The notes under the pieces were generated by a model, which did no database searches, had not been told where the DNA came from, and was given only the letters and a program-made list of their open reading frames with translations. From the NCBI GenBank assembly GCA_036012565.1, contig DASCPP010000073.1, forward strand, positions 1-57,526: a stretch of 57,526 nt of DNA, in the 5' to 3' direction. This document shows positions 45,991 through 56,932 of this stretch, piece by piece. Within the stretch, counting starts at the first letter, position 1. Every line of letters starts with the position of its first letter. This stretch comes from Flavobacteriales bacterium (GTDB taxonomy: Bacteria > Bacteroidota > Bacteroidia > Flavobacteriales > BACL11). The translations under genes and the position numbers were made by a program.

Positions 45991-48003
45991 ATGAAAAAAA
46001 TATTTTTTGTACTTGCATTTTTATTTGCAGGCATATTTTCAAATGCTCAAATTATAGATCCTGTAATTTGGGGATTTTCGCAAAACAAAATTTCTGAGTC
46101 AGAAGTCGAACTACAGTTTAAAGCGAGCATTGAAGAGCATTGGCATTTGTATTCTCAATTTACCGGGCAATATTTTAGTGATGAGGGACCTATACCTACA
46201 TCCTTTACTTTTAATGAATCAGATTTTTTTATCAAACAGGACAGTGTTTTAGAAGAGCCGCCTATACAAGATTATGATCCTATTTGGGAAGAAACATTAA
46301 AATACTATGAAGGGGAAGTTACTTTTCGACAGAGAATAAGATTACTAACTAAAGATCCATTTAATATAACAGGAGAGATTAATTTTATGTTATGTGATGA
46401 GGCCCAATGTGTTTTTCCAATGCCAGTTCCTTTTTCCTTCCAAATTAATTCAGACGGGAGAGTAGTAGTGGAAAAAGCGGAAGAAAAAAGTACTATAGAA
46501 GAAATTGAAAACACCCAAAAATACAATGACAAATTAGTAGAATTAAACAATCTATCTACTGATTGTGGGGAAAAGAAATCAGAAGAAAATAGTTTGTGGG
46601 CCATTTTTATTTTGGGTCTTTTGGGCGGGCTTATTGCCCTTATAACGCCTTGTGTTTTTCCTATGATTCCCCTCACAGTTAGTTTTTTTACAAAGGGAGA
46701 AAAAGGCAAAGGCATGTTCAATGCGATTATGTATGGTTTTTTCATTATGCTTATTTACTTTTTATTGAGTATTCCTTTTCATATAATGCCTAATATTGAC
46801 CCTGAAATTTTAAATCAGATTTCTACAAATAGTTGGCTTAATTTATTCTTTTTTGCCATTTTCATTGCTTTTGCCCTTTCCTTTTTTGGATATTTTGAAT
46901 TAGCATTACCCAGCAAATGGGGCAATAAATCGGATTCAGGATCCAATATTGGCGGATTAATTGGCATCTTTTTCATGGCGCTAACTTTAGCTATTGTTTC
47001 TTTCTCTTGCACTGGTCCTATTTTAGGCTCACTTCTGGCAGGAACTTTAGGTGGAGATGTAAGCATTGTTGTTATTTTAGGAATGGAATTCAAAATGGTT
47101 GCCACCAAATTAACGGCAGGAATGACAGGTTTCGGATTAGCATTAGGCTTTCCGTTTGCTTTATTTGCTCTTTTCCCAAAATTGTTAGATGTACTACCAC
47201 AATCTGGAGGATGGCTAAATTCAGTAAAAGTAGTGTTAGGGTTTTTAGAAGTTGCACTAGCCATAAAGTTCCTTTCTAATGCCGATATGGTTGAGCAATG
47301 GGGCTTGATAAAAAGGGAGACCTTCTTTGTGCTTTGGTTTATTATTGGCGCACTAACGGTATTGTATTTAATTGGAAAAATTCAGTTCCCCCACGATTCT
47401 AAACTAGCAAAGATTTCCAAAATGCGTTATGGGTTTATATTGTCTTTTTTATTTTTTACTATTTACCTAATTCCAGGGATGTTTGGTTCGCATTTAAATT
47501 GGTGGGAGCATGAAGCATTAAGCGGATTCCCTCCGCCACTGAGTTATAGCTACACTTATCAGCAAGAAGGAAAAGAAGTATTTTTTGACTATTGGGAAGC
47601 GATAGAATATGCAGAACAAGAGGGCAAAGCAGTATTTATCGATTTTACGGGTTGGGCTTGTGTCAACTGTAGAAAAATGGAAGAAAATGTATTTCCTGAA
47701 GTGGAAGATTTGTTGGGGGAATTTGTGCTTTGCCAACTTTATGTAGATGAGCAAACATTATTAGACAGCAGTGAAACGGTAGTCGCTCCAACTTCTGATG
47801 GAGGAACAAAAAAGAAAACTTTAACTACTGTTGGGAATAAATGGAGCACTTTGCAAGCGGTAACTTATGCTAGTTCATCACAGCCATACTATGTGCTGTA
47901 TAGTCCAAAAAACGGACTTTTAACCAATCCTATTGGCTACACTCCTGATGTTAGCGAATTTCAAAAATGGCTAAAATGTGGCTTAACGGAATTCAATAAA
48001 TAA
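45991..48003 (+). CDS. DsbD-family protein-disulfide reductase (thiol:disulfide interchange protein)
   Basis: Signal peptide, an N-terminal periplasmic domain, and a central multi-TM core with CVFPMIPL and FSCTGPILG. The C-terminal thioredoxin-like domain carries WACVNC. Confidence 0.85.
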   Translation: MKKIFFVLAFLFAGIFSNAQIIDPVIWGFSQNKISESEVELQFKASIEEHWHLYSQFTGQYFSDEGPIPTSFTFNESDFFIKQDSVLEEPPIQDYDPIWEETLKYYEGEVTFRQRIRLLTKDPFNITGEINFMLCDEAQCVFPMPVPFSFQINSDGRVVVEKAEEKSTIEEIENTQKYNDKLVELNNLSTDCGEKKSEENSLWAIFILGLLGGLIALITPCVFPMIPLTVSFFTKGEKGKGMFNAIMYGFFIMLIYFLLSIPFHIMPNIDPEILNQISTNSWLNLFFFAIFIAFALSFFGYFELALPSKWGNKSDSGSNIGGLIGIFFMALTLAIVSFSCTGPILGSLLAGTLGGDVSIVVILGMEFKMVATKLTAGMTGFGLALGFPFALFALFPKLLDVLPQSGGWLNSVKVVLGFLEVALAIKFLSNADMVEQWGLIKRETFFVLWFIIGALTVLYLIGKIQFPHDSKLAKISKMRYGFILSFLFFTIYLIPGMFGSHLNWWEHEALSGFPPPLSYSYTYQQEGKEVFFDYWEAIEYAEQEGKAVFIDFTGWACVNCRKMEENVFPEVEDLLGEFVLCQLYVDEQTLLDSSETVVAPTSDGGTKKKTLTTVGNKWSTLQAVTYASSSQPYYVLYSPKNGLLTNPIGYTPDVSEFQKWLKCGLTEFNK

Positions 48004-48007
48004 AAAT

Positions 48008-49546
48008 ATGTTAGTTAAAACCTATGGTAGTGCAGTAAGCGGTATTGATGCCAAAACGATTACCATTGAGGTGGATATTACAAGAGGAATAAAATTTTAT
48101 TTGGTTGGATTGCCAGACAATGCAGTAAAAGAAAGTGAGCAAAGAATTCGTGCAGCACTAAAAAATAATGGCTATCGAGTTCCTGGAAAACAAGTTGTAA
48201 TTAATATGGCGCCAGCTGATATTAGAAAGGAAGGATCAGCTTATGATTTACCACTTGCCATAGGAATTTTAGCTGCTAATAAAGAATTTGAAAATGCTAA
48301 ATTAGCATACTATGTAATAATGGGGGAACTTTCCTTAGATGGAAGTATCTTACCAATAAAAGGAGCCTTGCCCATTGCCATACAAGCAAAAGAAGAAGGG
48401 TTTAAAGGAATATTTTTGCCAAAGGAAAATGCAAGAGAGGCGGCTATTGTAAATGATTTGCAAGTGTTAGCTGTGTCGAATGTTCGGGAAGTAATTGATT
48501 TTTTCAAAGAGGAAATAAAAATAAGCCACACCATTGTTGATACAAGAAAAGAGTTTTATGAAGGATTGAATAATGTTGCTTCTGATTTTTCGGATGTAAA
48601 GGGGCAAGAAAATATAAAACGAGCATTGGAAATTGCTGCTGCCGGTGGGCATAATGTAATTATGATAGGTCCGCCTGGGGCAGGGAAAACCATGTTGGCA
48701 AAACGAATGCCAGGGATTCTGCCGCCACTATCATTACAAGAAGCACTAGAAACTACAAAGATTCACTCTGTTTCAGGGAAATTAGCTGCAAATGATACGC
48801 TTATGACTTCTCGCCCTTTTCGCTCTCCTCACCATACTATTTCAGATGTAGCATTAGTTGGGGGAGGTACGCATCCTCAACCAGGGGAAATTTCATTGGC
48901 TCATAATGGCGTTTTGTTTTTAGATGAATTACCAGAGTTCAAACGAACGGTTTTAGAAGTAATGCGACAACCCATTGAGGATAGGGTAGTAACTATTTCT
49001 CGCGCTAAATTTTCAATAGATTATCCGGCTAGCTTTATGTTGGTTACCTCTATGAATCCTTGCCCATGTGGATATTATAATCATCCTGATAAAGCTTGTA
49101 TGTGTCCTCCTGGAATGGTGCAAAAATATCTGAATAAAATATCAGGACCCTTACTTGACAGAATTGATTTGCATGTGGAAGTTACGCCTGTAAATTTTGA
49201 TGAATTGACCAAAAAAGAAAAGGGAGAAAGCAGTCAGCAAATTAGGGAAAGAGTAATAAAAGCAAGAGATATTCAAGAAAATAGATTTGTTGAAAACGAA
49301 AAAATTCACGCTAATTCTCAAATGAATACAAAGCAAATTCAAAGCCATTGCAAATTAAATCCACAGAGCCAAGATCTACTAAAAACGGCAATGGAAAAAC
49401 TAGACCTTTCCGCCAGGGCGTATGATAGAATATTGAAAGTTGCTCGAACCATTGCCGATTTGGATAATGCTGAAAATATTAGTTCAGCTCATATTGCAGA
49501 GGCCATTCAGTATCGCTCCTTAGATAGAGAGAGTTGGGCAGGATAA
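48008..49546 (+). CDS. comM: YifB/ComM family Mg-chelatase-like AAA+ ATPase
   Basis: N-terminal Lon-protease-like domain, Walker A GPPGAGKTMLA, Walker B VLFLDELPEF, and a zinc motif CPCGYY...CMC. Confidence 0.93.
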   Translation: MLVKTYGSAVSGIDAKTITIEVDITRGIKFYLVGLPDNAVKESEQRIRAALKNNGYRVPGKQVVINMAPADIRKEGSAYDLPLAIGILAANKEFENAKLAYYVIMGELSLDGSILPIKGALPIAIQAKEEGFKGIFLPKENAREAAIVNDLQVLAVSNVREVIDFFKEEIKISHTIVDTRKEFYEGLNNVASDFSDVKGQENIKRALEIAAAGGHNVIMIGPPGAGKTMLAKRMPGILPPLSLQEALETTKIHSVSGKLAANDTLMTSRPFRSPHHTISDVALVGGGTHPQPGEISLAHNGVLFLDELPEFKRTVLEVMRQPIEDRVVTISRAKFSIDYPASFMLVTSMNPCPCGYYNHPDKACMCPPGMVQKYLNKISGPLLDRIDLHVEVTPVNFDELTKKEKGESSQQIRERVIKARDIQENRFVENEKIHANSQMNTKQIQSHCKLNPQSQDLLKTAMEKLDLSARAYDRILKVARTIADLDNAENISSAHIAEAIQYRSLDRESWAG

Positions 49547-49552
49547 AATCCT

Positions 49553-49560
49553 TATATTCG
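49553..49560 (+). promoter_or_regulatory. Candidate -7 box (TATATTCG variant) for the M42 peptidase gene
   Basis: TATATTCGCACCT, 21 nt upstream of ATG 49582. The same 13-mer lies upstream of queA. Confidence 0.35.
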
Positions 49561-49581
49561 CACCTTTAATTCAAAAAAATT

Positions 49582-50670
49582 ATGGCAAAGAAGAAAATTA
49601 TTACTAAAAAATCGGAACAATTTTTAGAGGATTACCTAAATAATTGCTCTCCAACTGGTTTTGAGAGTGAAGGGCAAAAAATGTGGTTAAACTACATTAA
49701 GCCCTATATTGATGAGTATTTTGTAGATACTTACGGCTCTGTTGTTGGAGTAATAAACCCAAAAGAAAAATATAAAGTTGTGATTGAAGCGCATGCTGAT
49801 GAAATTTCATGGTTTGTGCATTATATCACCAAAGATGGTTTTATTTATTTGGTGCGTAATGGTGGTTCTGATCATCAGATTGCGCCCTCAAAAAGAGTAA
49901 ATATCCATACTAAAAAAGGAATGGTAAAAGCAGTATTTGGTTGGCCAGCAATCCATACTCGTAAGGCAGGAACTGAGAAATCTCCAAAAGTGGAAAATAT
50001 CTTTTTAGATTGTGGTTGTGACAGTAAAAAGGAGGTTGAAAAATTAGGCATTCATGTGGGCTGTGTGGTTACCTATGAAGATAAATTTATTATTCTGAAT
50101 AAGAATTTTTATGTAGGTAGAGCCCTTGACAACAGAGTAGGGGGTTTTATGATTGCGGAAGTAGTTCGTCTTTTGAAGGAAAATAAAGTGAAATTACCTT
50201 TTGGCCTTTATATTACAAATTCTGTTCAGGAGGAGGTAGGTTTGAGAGGTGCTCAAATGATTACCGAGAGCATAAAACCAGATGTTGCCATTATAACGGA
50301 TGTGTGCCATGATACTAATACTCCAATGATTGATAAAATAAAAGAAGGCGATACAAAATGTGGAGATGGTCCAGTGCTTACTTATGGTCCTGCCGTGCAA
50401 AATAATTTACTGAATCTAATCATTGGTTCTGCTGAGAAGAATAAGATTCCTTTCCAAAGAAATGCAGCTTCTCGCTCTACTGGAACTGATACAGATGCTT
50501 TTGCCTATTCCACTGGTGGAGTAGCTTCTGCACTTATTTCTCTGCCGCTAAGGTATATGCATACTACAGTGGAAAGTGTGCATAAAAATGATGTAGAAAA
50601 TGTAATTCGATTGATTTTTGAATCTTTAAAAAAGATAAAAAACGATCAGGATTTTAGGTATCTGAAGTAG
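49582..50670 (+). CDS. M42 family metallopeptidase (glutamyl aminopeptidase / FrvX-like)
   Basis: 362 aa with motifs IEAHADEI, GRALDNRVG, VQEEVGLRGA and DV...D characteristic of M42. Confidence 0.87.
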   Translation: MAKKKIITKKSEQFLEDYLNNCSPTGFESEGQKMWLNYIKPYIDEYFVDTYGSVVGVINPKEKYKVVIEAHADEISWFVHYITKDGFIYLVRNGGSDHQIAPSKRVNIHTKKGMVKAVFGWPAIHTRKAGTEKSPKVENIFLDCGCDSKKEVEKLGIHVGCVVTYEDKFIILNKNFYVGRALDNRVGGFMIAEVVRLLKENKVKLPFGLYITNSVQEEVGLRGAQMITESIKPDVAIITDVCHDTNTPMIDKIKEGDTKCGDGPVLTYGPAVQNNLLNLIIGSAEKNKIPFQRNAASRSTGTDTDAFAYSTGGVASALISLPLRYMHTTVESVHKNDVENVIRLIFESLKKIKNDQDFRYLK

Positions 50671-50673
50671 AAA

Positions 50674-51243
50674 CTAAACTTCATTATATCGGAAACAATC
50701 TGTTGTATGGTCATTTACCATCCCCATCGCTTGCATGTGGGCGTAAATAATTGTTGAACCAACAAATTTAAATCCTCTATTTTTTAAATCAGCACTTATT
50801 TTATCAGAAAGTGGCGTGTTTGCTGGCAATTCACTTATAATTTTGAAATGATTCTGAATTGGCTTTCCGCCAACGAAACCCCAAAGGTATTTTGAAAATG
50901 TACCAAACTCCTGTTGTACTTTAATAAAAGCTTGAGCGTTACTAGTAGCCGCTTTAATCTTCAAGGTATTTCTTATAATACCAGCATCTAACTTTAATTC
51001 AGCCTGTTTTGTGTCCGAATAATTAGCGATTTTTTGAAAATCAAAATTATCGAAAGCAGTACGAAAATTTTCTCTTCTTCTAAGGATTGTTATCCAACTC
51101 AATCCTGCCTGGAAAGTCTCCAAGAATAGAAACTCAAATATTTTCTGATCCTCATAAACAGGAACGCCCCATTCCCTATCATGATACCTTATGTAGAATG
51201 CATCATTTTTAGGCCACTTGCATCTTTTTATCTGCCGTGACAT
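50674..51243 (-). CDS. tag: DNA-3-methyladenine glycosylase I
   Basis: [36 protein letters not shown] and [10 protein letters not shown]...C motifs. The start overlaps the secA 3' end by 16 nt. Confidence 0.92.
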   Translation of the reverse strand: MSRQIKRCKWPKNDAFYIRYHDREWGVPVYEDQKIFEFLFLETFQAGLSWITILRRRENFRTAFDNFDFQKIANYSDTKQAELKLDAGIIRNTLKIKAATSNAQAFIKVQQEFGTFSKYLWGFVGGKPIQNHFKIISELPANTPLSDKISADLKNRGFKFVGSTIIYAHMQAMGMVNDHTTDCFRYNEV

Positions 51244-54200
51244 TTTTTGTATTTCTTACCCGATCCACATGGGCATGGCTCGTTTCTTCCCACTTTTTGC
51301 CCCACCCTTACAGGTTGTGTTTTTTGTTGAGTTTGTGGTGGTTGATTAGGATTTTGAGGATCTCCACTGCTAGGGGCAGCCATTTCTGGGCGGCTAGTTT
51401 GTAAGTTAGTTTCGGCTTGCCTTCTTTCTTCTTGCACATTAGATTGTGTAGGTAAGTCCGCTTTTAAAAGGAAAGAAACAATTTCTTTATTTACTTTATC
51501 AATCAAGGTTTTAAATAAATTGAAGGATTCAAATTTGTAAATAAGTAACGGATCTTTCTGCTCATAAACTGCATTTTGCACGGATTGTTTTAACTCATCC
51601 ATTTCTCTTAAATGTTCTTTCCAACTATCATCAATTATGGCAAGGGTCACACTTTTTTCAATGGCCAAGCCAATATTATTTCCCTTTTGTTCCGCCGATT
51701 CTTTTAAGTTGGTAACCACTTGCAATGTTTTCATTCCATCTGTAAAAGGAATTACAATATTCTCATAAGTAGCCGATTGATTATCAAAAACATTTTTTAT
51801 TATTGGGAATGCTTTTTTGGCTATATTCTCTGATTTCAGTTGGTAACTTTTATAGCAGGATTGGTAAGTTTTTTCAACTATTTCGTGAATATTAAGGTCT
51901 TGAAATTCCTGTTCAGCAACAGGACTATCACTAGCTAAAAAGCGAATCAAATCTAATTTATAATTTTCAAAATCTTTGACTTCATGCGTCTGTTCAATAA
52001 TGCTCTCACAAGTATCATAAATCATATTGGAAATATCTAAGGATAGTCGGTCGCCAAAAAGAGCATGCCTTCTTTTTTTGTAAATCACTTCCCTTTGCTG
52101 ATTCATTACATCATCATATTCCAGCAATCTTTTTCGTACGCCAAAATTATTTTCCTCCACTTTTTTCTGTGCCCTTTCAATGGACTTACTCACCATAGAA
52201 TGCTGGATAACTTCCCCTTCTTCCAATCCCATCTTGTCCATCAGTTTTGCAATTCGTTCAGAGCCAAAAAGTCGCATCAAATTATCTTCTAAGGAAACGA
52301 AAAACTGAGAAGAGCCAGGATCACCTTGTCTTCCTGAACGACCTCTAAGTTGCCTGTCCACCCTTCTTGAATCGTGTCTTTCCGTCCCCAAAATTGCCAA
52401 ACCGCCATCTTCTTTCACCTGATTCGAAAGCTTAATGTCAGTCCCTCTACCAGCCATATTGGTAGCAATAGTTACCACAGATGCCTTACCGGCTTCTGCT
52501 ACAATATCTGCTTCTCTTTGGTGGAGTTTTGCATTCAATACATTGTGCTTTATCCCTCTCATTTTTAGCGTTCTGCCCAAAAGTTCGGAAATTTCAACAG
52601 AAGTAGTTCCTACTAAAACTGGTCTTCCTGCTTTTGTGAGGGTATCAATTTCTTCAATTACGGCATTGTACTTTTCTCTGTTGGTTTTATAAACCAAATC
52701 GTCTTTATCATCTCGAACAATTGGGCGGTTGGTAGGAATTACCACTACATCCAATTTGTAAATTTCCCAAAATTCCCCTGCTTCCGTTTCAGCAGTACCA
52801 GTCATACCAGAGAGTTTGTTGTACATTCTGAAATAATTTTGAAGGGTAATAGTAGCATAGGTTTGGGTAGCTTCCTCAATTTTTACATTTTCCTTTGCTT
52901 CAATTGCCTGATGTAATCCATCAGAGTACCTTCTGCCTTCCATGATACGACCGGTTTGCTCATCCACAATTTTTACCTTATTCTCCATTACCACATACTC
53001 CACATCTTTTTCGAAAAGCGTGTATGCTTTTAATAACTGATTTATCGTATGAATTCTCTCACTTTTAATGGCAAAATCTCTCAATAATTCTTCTTTTTTG
53101 CTTGCCTTATCTTTATCAGAAAGTTCTGCTTTTTCCAAATCTGCAATCTCAGCTCCAACATCAGGCATTACAAAGAAATTCTTGTCCTCAATTTCTGTTG
53201 TCATCAAATCAATGCCTTTTTCAGTTAGCTCAATGGTATTGTGTTTTTCATCAATTACAAAGAAAAGCGCTTCATCCACCTTATGCATTTCTTTGCTTTG
53301 GTCTTGCATATAAAAATTCTCAGTTTTTTGTAATTGGCTTTTTACCCCATCTTCACTTAAAAACTTAATAAGGGCCTTATTTTTAGGTAAGCCTCTATAA
53401 GCCATTAGCAAATTAAATCCAGAATCATCCGTTTTCCCTTCCGTAAACATTTTTTTAGCATCAGAAATGACAGTTGTAACAAATTTTCTTTGTACTGATA
53501 CAAGGTGTTCTAATTTGTGTTTCAGATCATTGTATTCGTGCACATCCCCTTTTGGAATGGGACCAGAAATAATAAGTGGGGTTCTGGCATCATCAATAAG
53601 CACGGAATCTACCTCATCCACAATGGTATAATGATGTTTTCTTTGCACAAGATCCTTTGGCTTACGAGCCATATTATCTCGCAAATAATCAAAGCCAAAT
53701 TCGTTATTGGTCCCATAAGTAATATCTGCTAAATAGGCCTGTTTTCTTTCATCCGAATTTGGCTGATGATTATCAATACAATCGATACTTAATCCATGAA
53801 ATTGGAAAATGGGGCCCATCCATTCAGCATCCCTTTTTGCCAAATAATTATTCACAGTAACCAGATGTACCCCCAAACCAGCAAGGGCATTCAAATATAC
53901 GGGAAGAGTAGCTACTAAAGTTTTTCCTTCCCCAGTTGCCATCTCTGCAATTTTACCTTGATGCAGCACCACTCCACCAACCAATTGCACATCATAATGA
54001 ATCATATCCCAAGTGATTTCATTTCCGGCAGCAATCCAAGAATTTTTATAAATTGCATACTCTCCTTCGATGCTTAAAAAGTCCTTATTGGCAGCTAAAT
54101 TTCTGTCAAAGTCAGTGGCAGCAACTTTTATAGTTGGGTTGTTTTTAAATCGTGTTGCAGTTTCTTTTATTACTGCAAAAGCTTCTGGAAGAATTTCATT

Positions 54201-54518
54201 TAGGCTGACTTCTATTTTATCAATAACACTTTTCTCTATTTCATCTATTTTGTTATAGATTTTCTCTTTTTCATCCTTATCAATTCCTTTTTCTTCTGAC
54301 TTACTTTGTAAGGATTTTATTTCTTCTTTTTCAGGACGAACACTTTCTTCTATTTTAGTTTTTAAGTCGGTTGTTTTTTCGCGCAACTCATCATTTGAAA
54401 TAGTAATGATTTTTTCATATTCCAAATGAATCTGTTTAATAATTGGCTCAATACTTTTTATGTCCTTATCGTATTTGTTGCCAAAAATTTTATTTACTAA
54501 ACTTAAGAAGTTTGCCAT
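51228..54518 (-). CDS. secA: Preprotein translocase ATPase SecA
   Basis: 1096 aa with Walker [42 protein letters not shown], and a C-terminal zinc motif [13 protein letters not shown]. Confidence 0.97.
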   Translation of the reverse strand: MANFLSLVNKIFGNKYDKDIKSIEPIIKQIHLEYEKIITISNDELREKTTDLKTKIEESVRPEKEEIKSLQSKSEEKGIDKDEKEKIYNKIDEIEKSVIDKIEVSLNEILPEAFAVIKETATRFKNNPTIKVAATDFDRNLAANKDFLSIEGEYAIYKNSWIAAGNEITWDMIHYDVQLVGGVVLHQGKIAEMATGEGKTLVATLPVYLNALAGLGVHLVTVNNYLAKRDAEWMGPIFQFHGLSIDCIDNHQPNSDERKQAYLADITYGTNNEFGFDYLRDNMARKPKDLVQRKHHYTIVDEVDSVLIDDARTPLIISGPIPKGDVHEYNDLKHKLEHLVSVQRKFVTTVISDAKKMFTEGKTDDSGFNLLMAYRGLPKNKALIKFLSEDGVKSQLQKTENFYMQDQSKEMHKVDEALFFVIDEKHNTIELTEKGIDLMTTEIEDKNFFVMPDVGAEIADLEKAELSDKDKASKKEELLRDFAIKSERIHTINQLLKAYTLFEKDVEYVVMENKVKIVDEQTGRIMEGRRYSDGLHQAIEAKENVKIEEATQTYATITLQNYFRMYNKLSGMTGTAETEAGEFWEIYKLDVVVIPTNRPIVRDDKDDLVYKTNREKYNAVIEEIDTLTKAGRPVLVGTTSVEISELLGRTLKMRGIKHNVLNAKLHQREADIVAEAGKASVVTIATNMAGRGTDIKLSNQVKEDGGLAILGTERHDSRRVDRQLRGRSGRQGDPGSSQFFVSLEDNLMRLFGSERIAKLMDKMGLEEGEVIQHSMVSKSIERAQKKVEENNFGVRKRLLEYDDVMNQQREVIYKKRRHALFGDRLSLDISNMIYDTCESIIEQTHEVKDFENYKLDLIRFLASDSPVAEQEFQDLNIHEIVEKTYQSCYKSYQLKSENIAKKAFPIIKNVFDNQSATYENIVIPFTDGMKTLQVVTNLKESAEQKGNNIGLAIEKSVTLAIIDDSWKEHLREMDELKQSVQNAVYEQKDPLLIYKFESFNLFKTLIDKVNKEIVSFLLKADLPTQSNVQEERRQAETNLQTSRPEMAAPSSGDPQNPNQPPQTQQKTQPVRVGQKVGRNEPCPCGSGKKYKKCHGR

Positions 54519-54540
54519 AATAATTCTTTATAGAAAGTGG

Positions 54541-54548
54541 CAAAGGTA
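54541..54548 (-). promoter_or_regulatory. Candidate -7 box TACCTTTG for secA
   Basis: Exact TAnnTTTG on the minus strand, 22 nt upstream of ATG 54518. Confidence 0.5.
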
Positions 54549-54592
54549 GTCAAAAGAAGATATTTCAATAGAAAAAAGCAATCAAGCTTTTT

Positions 54593-54814
54593 TTAATATT
54601 CCTCTTCATTAAAGAAGAAATCTTCTTTTGTAGGGTAGTCAGGCCAAATCTCCTCAATGGATTCGTATATTTCAGCTTCAATGCTTAACTCTTGAAGATT
54701 TTCAACTACTTCCAATGGGGCCCCTGAACGAATTGCAAAATCGATTAATTCATCTTTTGTTGCTGGCCAAGGGGCGTCTTCTAATTTTGATGCTAACTCT
54801 AATGTCCAATACAT
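54593..54814 (-). CDS. DUF2795-like small protein
   Basis: MYWTLELASKLEDAPWPATKDELIDFAIRSGAPLEVVENLQEL matches my recollection of DUF2795. Start moved to ATG 54814 because the TTG used by the ORF track lies inside a -7 box. Confidence 0.62.
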   Translation of the reverse strand: MYWTLELASKLEDAPWPATKDELIDFAIRSGAPLEVVENLQELSIEAEIYESIEEIWPDYPTKEDFFFNEEEY

Positions 54815-54835
54815 AATCTCACTTATTTGATTTTG

Positions 54836-54843
54836 CAAAAGTA
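54836..54843 (-). promoter_or_regulatory. Candidate -7 box TACTTTTG for the DUF2795-like gene
   Basis: Exact TAnnTTTG on the minus strand, 21 nt upstream of ATG 54814. Confidence 0.5.
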
Positions 54844-54860
54844 ATTTTTTTACCGAATTA

Positions 54861-55406
54861 TCAAAACTTAATCCAAGTAATTTCAGAACAGTTTTTTTCT
54901 TTCAAAATTCCTCTAGCTAAAACAAATAAATAGTCGGACAAACGATTGAGATATTCCAAGCAATTAGGGCTAATTCTCTCCTTAATTTGAAGTTCTACCA
55001 CTCTTCTTTCTGCCCTACGACAAACAGTACGAGCAATATGACATAAGGATGCAATTGTATGTCCAGAGGGCAAAATAAAATCTTTTAATGGTGATAGCAT
55101 CTCCTCTATTCTATCGATTTCAGCTTCTAACATTTGAATATTTGTCTTTGTAATTTCAGGTAAGTTTATTTGTGATTTCTTCCCATCAAAAGATAAAACA
55201 CTACCTAAATTAAAAAGCTGATTTTGAATTTTAAGTAAAATAGTCTTATGATTTTCGCTTATTTCCTGGTCGTGAATATGCCCAATAAAAGCATTAAGCT
55301 CATCCACTGTACCATAAGCTTCCAGGCGAATATTATCTTTATTCACCTTGCTTCCGCCTAAAAGGGAAGTTTCTCCTTTATCACCTTTTTTTGTATAAAT
55401 TTTCAT
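54861..55406 (-). CDS. PduO-type ATP:cob(I)alamin adenosyltransferase
   Basis: MKIYTKKGDKGETSL N-terminus and a helical-bundle core (ARTVCRRAERR). 181 aa. Confidence 0.87.
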   Translation of the reverse strand: MKIYTKKGDKGETSLLGGSKVNKDNIRLEAYGTVDELNAFIGHIHDQEISENHKTILLKIQNQLFNLGSVLSFDGKKSQINLPEITKTNIQMLEAEIDRIEEMLSPLKDFILPSGHTIASLCHIARTVCRRAERRVVELQIKERISPNCLEYLNRLSDYLFVLARGILKEKNCSEITWIKF

Positions 55407-55409
55407 TGT

Positions 55410-56099
55410 TTAATTATTTAGTGTGTCCAATTCAATTATTCCATCTTTAAGGCGAATAATTCGCCCAGCATAATTGGCAATATCCTCTTCATGGGTTACC
55501 ACAATAATGGTATTTCCTTTTTTATGAATTTTCTGAAAAAGTTTCATAATATCGATAGAAGTTCCTGAATCCAAATTACCAGTTGGCTCATCTGCTAAAA
55601 TAATGGAAGGGTTATTTACAAGCGCTCTTGCAATAGCCACCCTTTGTCTTTGTCCACCAGAAAGCTCATTGGGCGTGTGCATGATTCTATCTGATAACCC
55701 TACACTTTCCAATGTTTTTTTTGCCATTTCTATTCTCTCCTGTTTTTTAATTCCAGCATAAACAAGGGGAAGCATCACATTTTCCAAAGCAGTATAGCGG
55801 GGAAGTAAATTGAATGTTTGGAAAATAAATCCAATTTCTTTGTTGCGGACATTTGCTAAGGCATTTTCATCCATATCCTTTACATTGGTTCCGTTCAAAT
55901 TATAAGAGCCAGAAGTTGCTGTATCCAAACAGCCAATTAAATTCATAATGGTAGATTTACCAGATCCGGAAGCTCCCATAAGTGCAACAAATTCATTCTT
56001 TTTCACGATAAAGCTTACTTTATTTAGAGCATTAATAGTTACTGAACCAACCTTAAATTGTCGGCTTAACCTCTCAGATGAAATAATAGTATTTCCCAT
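55410..56099 (-). CDS. ABC transporter ATP-binding protein (MacB/LolD-like)
   Basis: Walker [11 protein letters not shown]-loop FQTFNLLP, signature [15 protein letters not shown], Walker [12 protein letters not shown], and H-loop VTHE. Confidence 0.9.
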   Translation of the reverse strand: MGNTIISSERLSRQFKVGSVTINALNKVSFIVKKNEFVALMGASGSGKSTIMNLIGCLDTATSGSYNLNGTNVKDMDENALANVRNKEIGFIFQTFNLLPRYTALENVMLPLVYAGIKKQERIEMAKKTLESVGLSDRIMHTPNELSGGQRQRVAIARALVNNPSIILADEPTGNLDSGTSIDIMKLFQKIHKKGNTIIVVTHEEDIANYAGRIIRLKDGIIELDTLNN

Positions 56100-56114
56100 A
56101 TTACAAAGTTATAA

Positions 56115-56900
56115 TTAAAACCGAATTGTAAAATGTTCTTTGCTTAATTCCGTTTTTATAAATACAATTCCCATAAAAAACAAATCGATTGTAAGAGTAG
56201 TTTGCTGATGTGATTTTATGTAATTCCAAGCATTTTCCATTCCGCTTGACCAATGGATATCATCAAAGATAAAAATAGTACCATTATTAGCAAATTTTAG
56301 GATTTCTTCAAAATACTTTATAGTAGGTTTTTCTTGATGATTTCCATCAATAAATGCAAGGTCAACTTTACCAACCTCTTCCAATTTGGAAGTTAAAGTA
56401 TTGTTAAAATTTCCAAGAGTAATATTGATATTTTCTAAATTTAAATTGTTGAAATTTTCCCTAGCAATTTCGGCTGTTTCCGGACAACCCTCAAGAGTAA
56501 AAATATTCGCATTAGTATTTGCTTTTGCCAAATAGCAAGTGCTGATCCCTAAGGAAGTACCGAGTTCAATAATCTTTTGTGGTTTGTAAAATTTACAAAT
56601 TCTATAAAGTAATTGTCCGGATTTTGCATTTTTAGCAGAATTTTTTGCAACATCTTTTATCTTTCTTTCTTTCTGATTATTAATACTACTTCCAGCTCCA
56701 AAATCAGTAATTTGAATAATTTGTTCCGACTTACATAACTCTTTTCTTAAAGCTTCAATTTTTTTACAATTCTCACCTTCTTTATTTGCATTTAGCACTT
56801 TAGTAATAAAGTGATATAGAAAAGGTGCTTGTGCAGAGTGCTTTCCTTTTGCAGTAAGAAAATACTTTAAATACCGAATAATGAGTTGCAGTTTTATCAT
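56115..56900 (-). CDS. Class I SAM-dependent methyltransferase (O-methyltransferase-like)
   Basis: SAM-binding motif I IIELGTSLGIST, with downstream FIDGNH and IFDDIHW segments. 261 aa. Confidence 0.7.
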   Translation of the reverse strand: MIKLQLIIRYLKYFLTAKGKHSAQAPFLYHFITKVLNANKEGENCKKIEALRKELCKSEQIIQITDFGAGSSINNQKERKIKDVAKNSAKNAKSGQLLYRICKFYKPQKIIELGTSLGISTCYLAKANTNANIFTLEGCPETAEIARENFNNLNLENINITLGNFNNTLTSKLEEVGKVDLAFIDGNHQEKPTIKYFEEILKFANNGTIFIFDDIHWSSGMENAWNYIKSHQQTTLTIDLFFMGIVFIKTELSKEHFTIRF

Positions 56901-56906
56901 GAATGG

Positions 56907-56914
56907 CGAAAATA
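56907..56914 (-). promoter_or_regulatory. Candidate -7 box (TATTTTCG variant) for the methyltransferase gene, 6 nt from the ATG
   Basis: Minus-strand TATTTTCGCC ends 6 nt before ATG 56900. It resembles the tRNA-Leu box TATTTTCGCC. Confidence 0.35.
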
Positions 56915-56932
56915 TAACTTATATTATTAAGA

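Noticed and set aside
46305-47264. Two long minus-strand ORFs (146 and 149 aa) inside the DsbD-family gene
   Set aside because: They are antisense to a full-length, motif-bearing membrane protein gene. Openness of the reverse frame is common opposite hydrophobic, codon-biased genes. No start context or promoter box was found.
54572-54594. A/T-rich hairpin AAAAAAGC-aatcaa-GCTTTTTT as terminator of the DUF2795-like gene
   Set aside because: Only two G:C pairs. The stem is otherwise A:T and would be very weak, so it is not reported as a feature.
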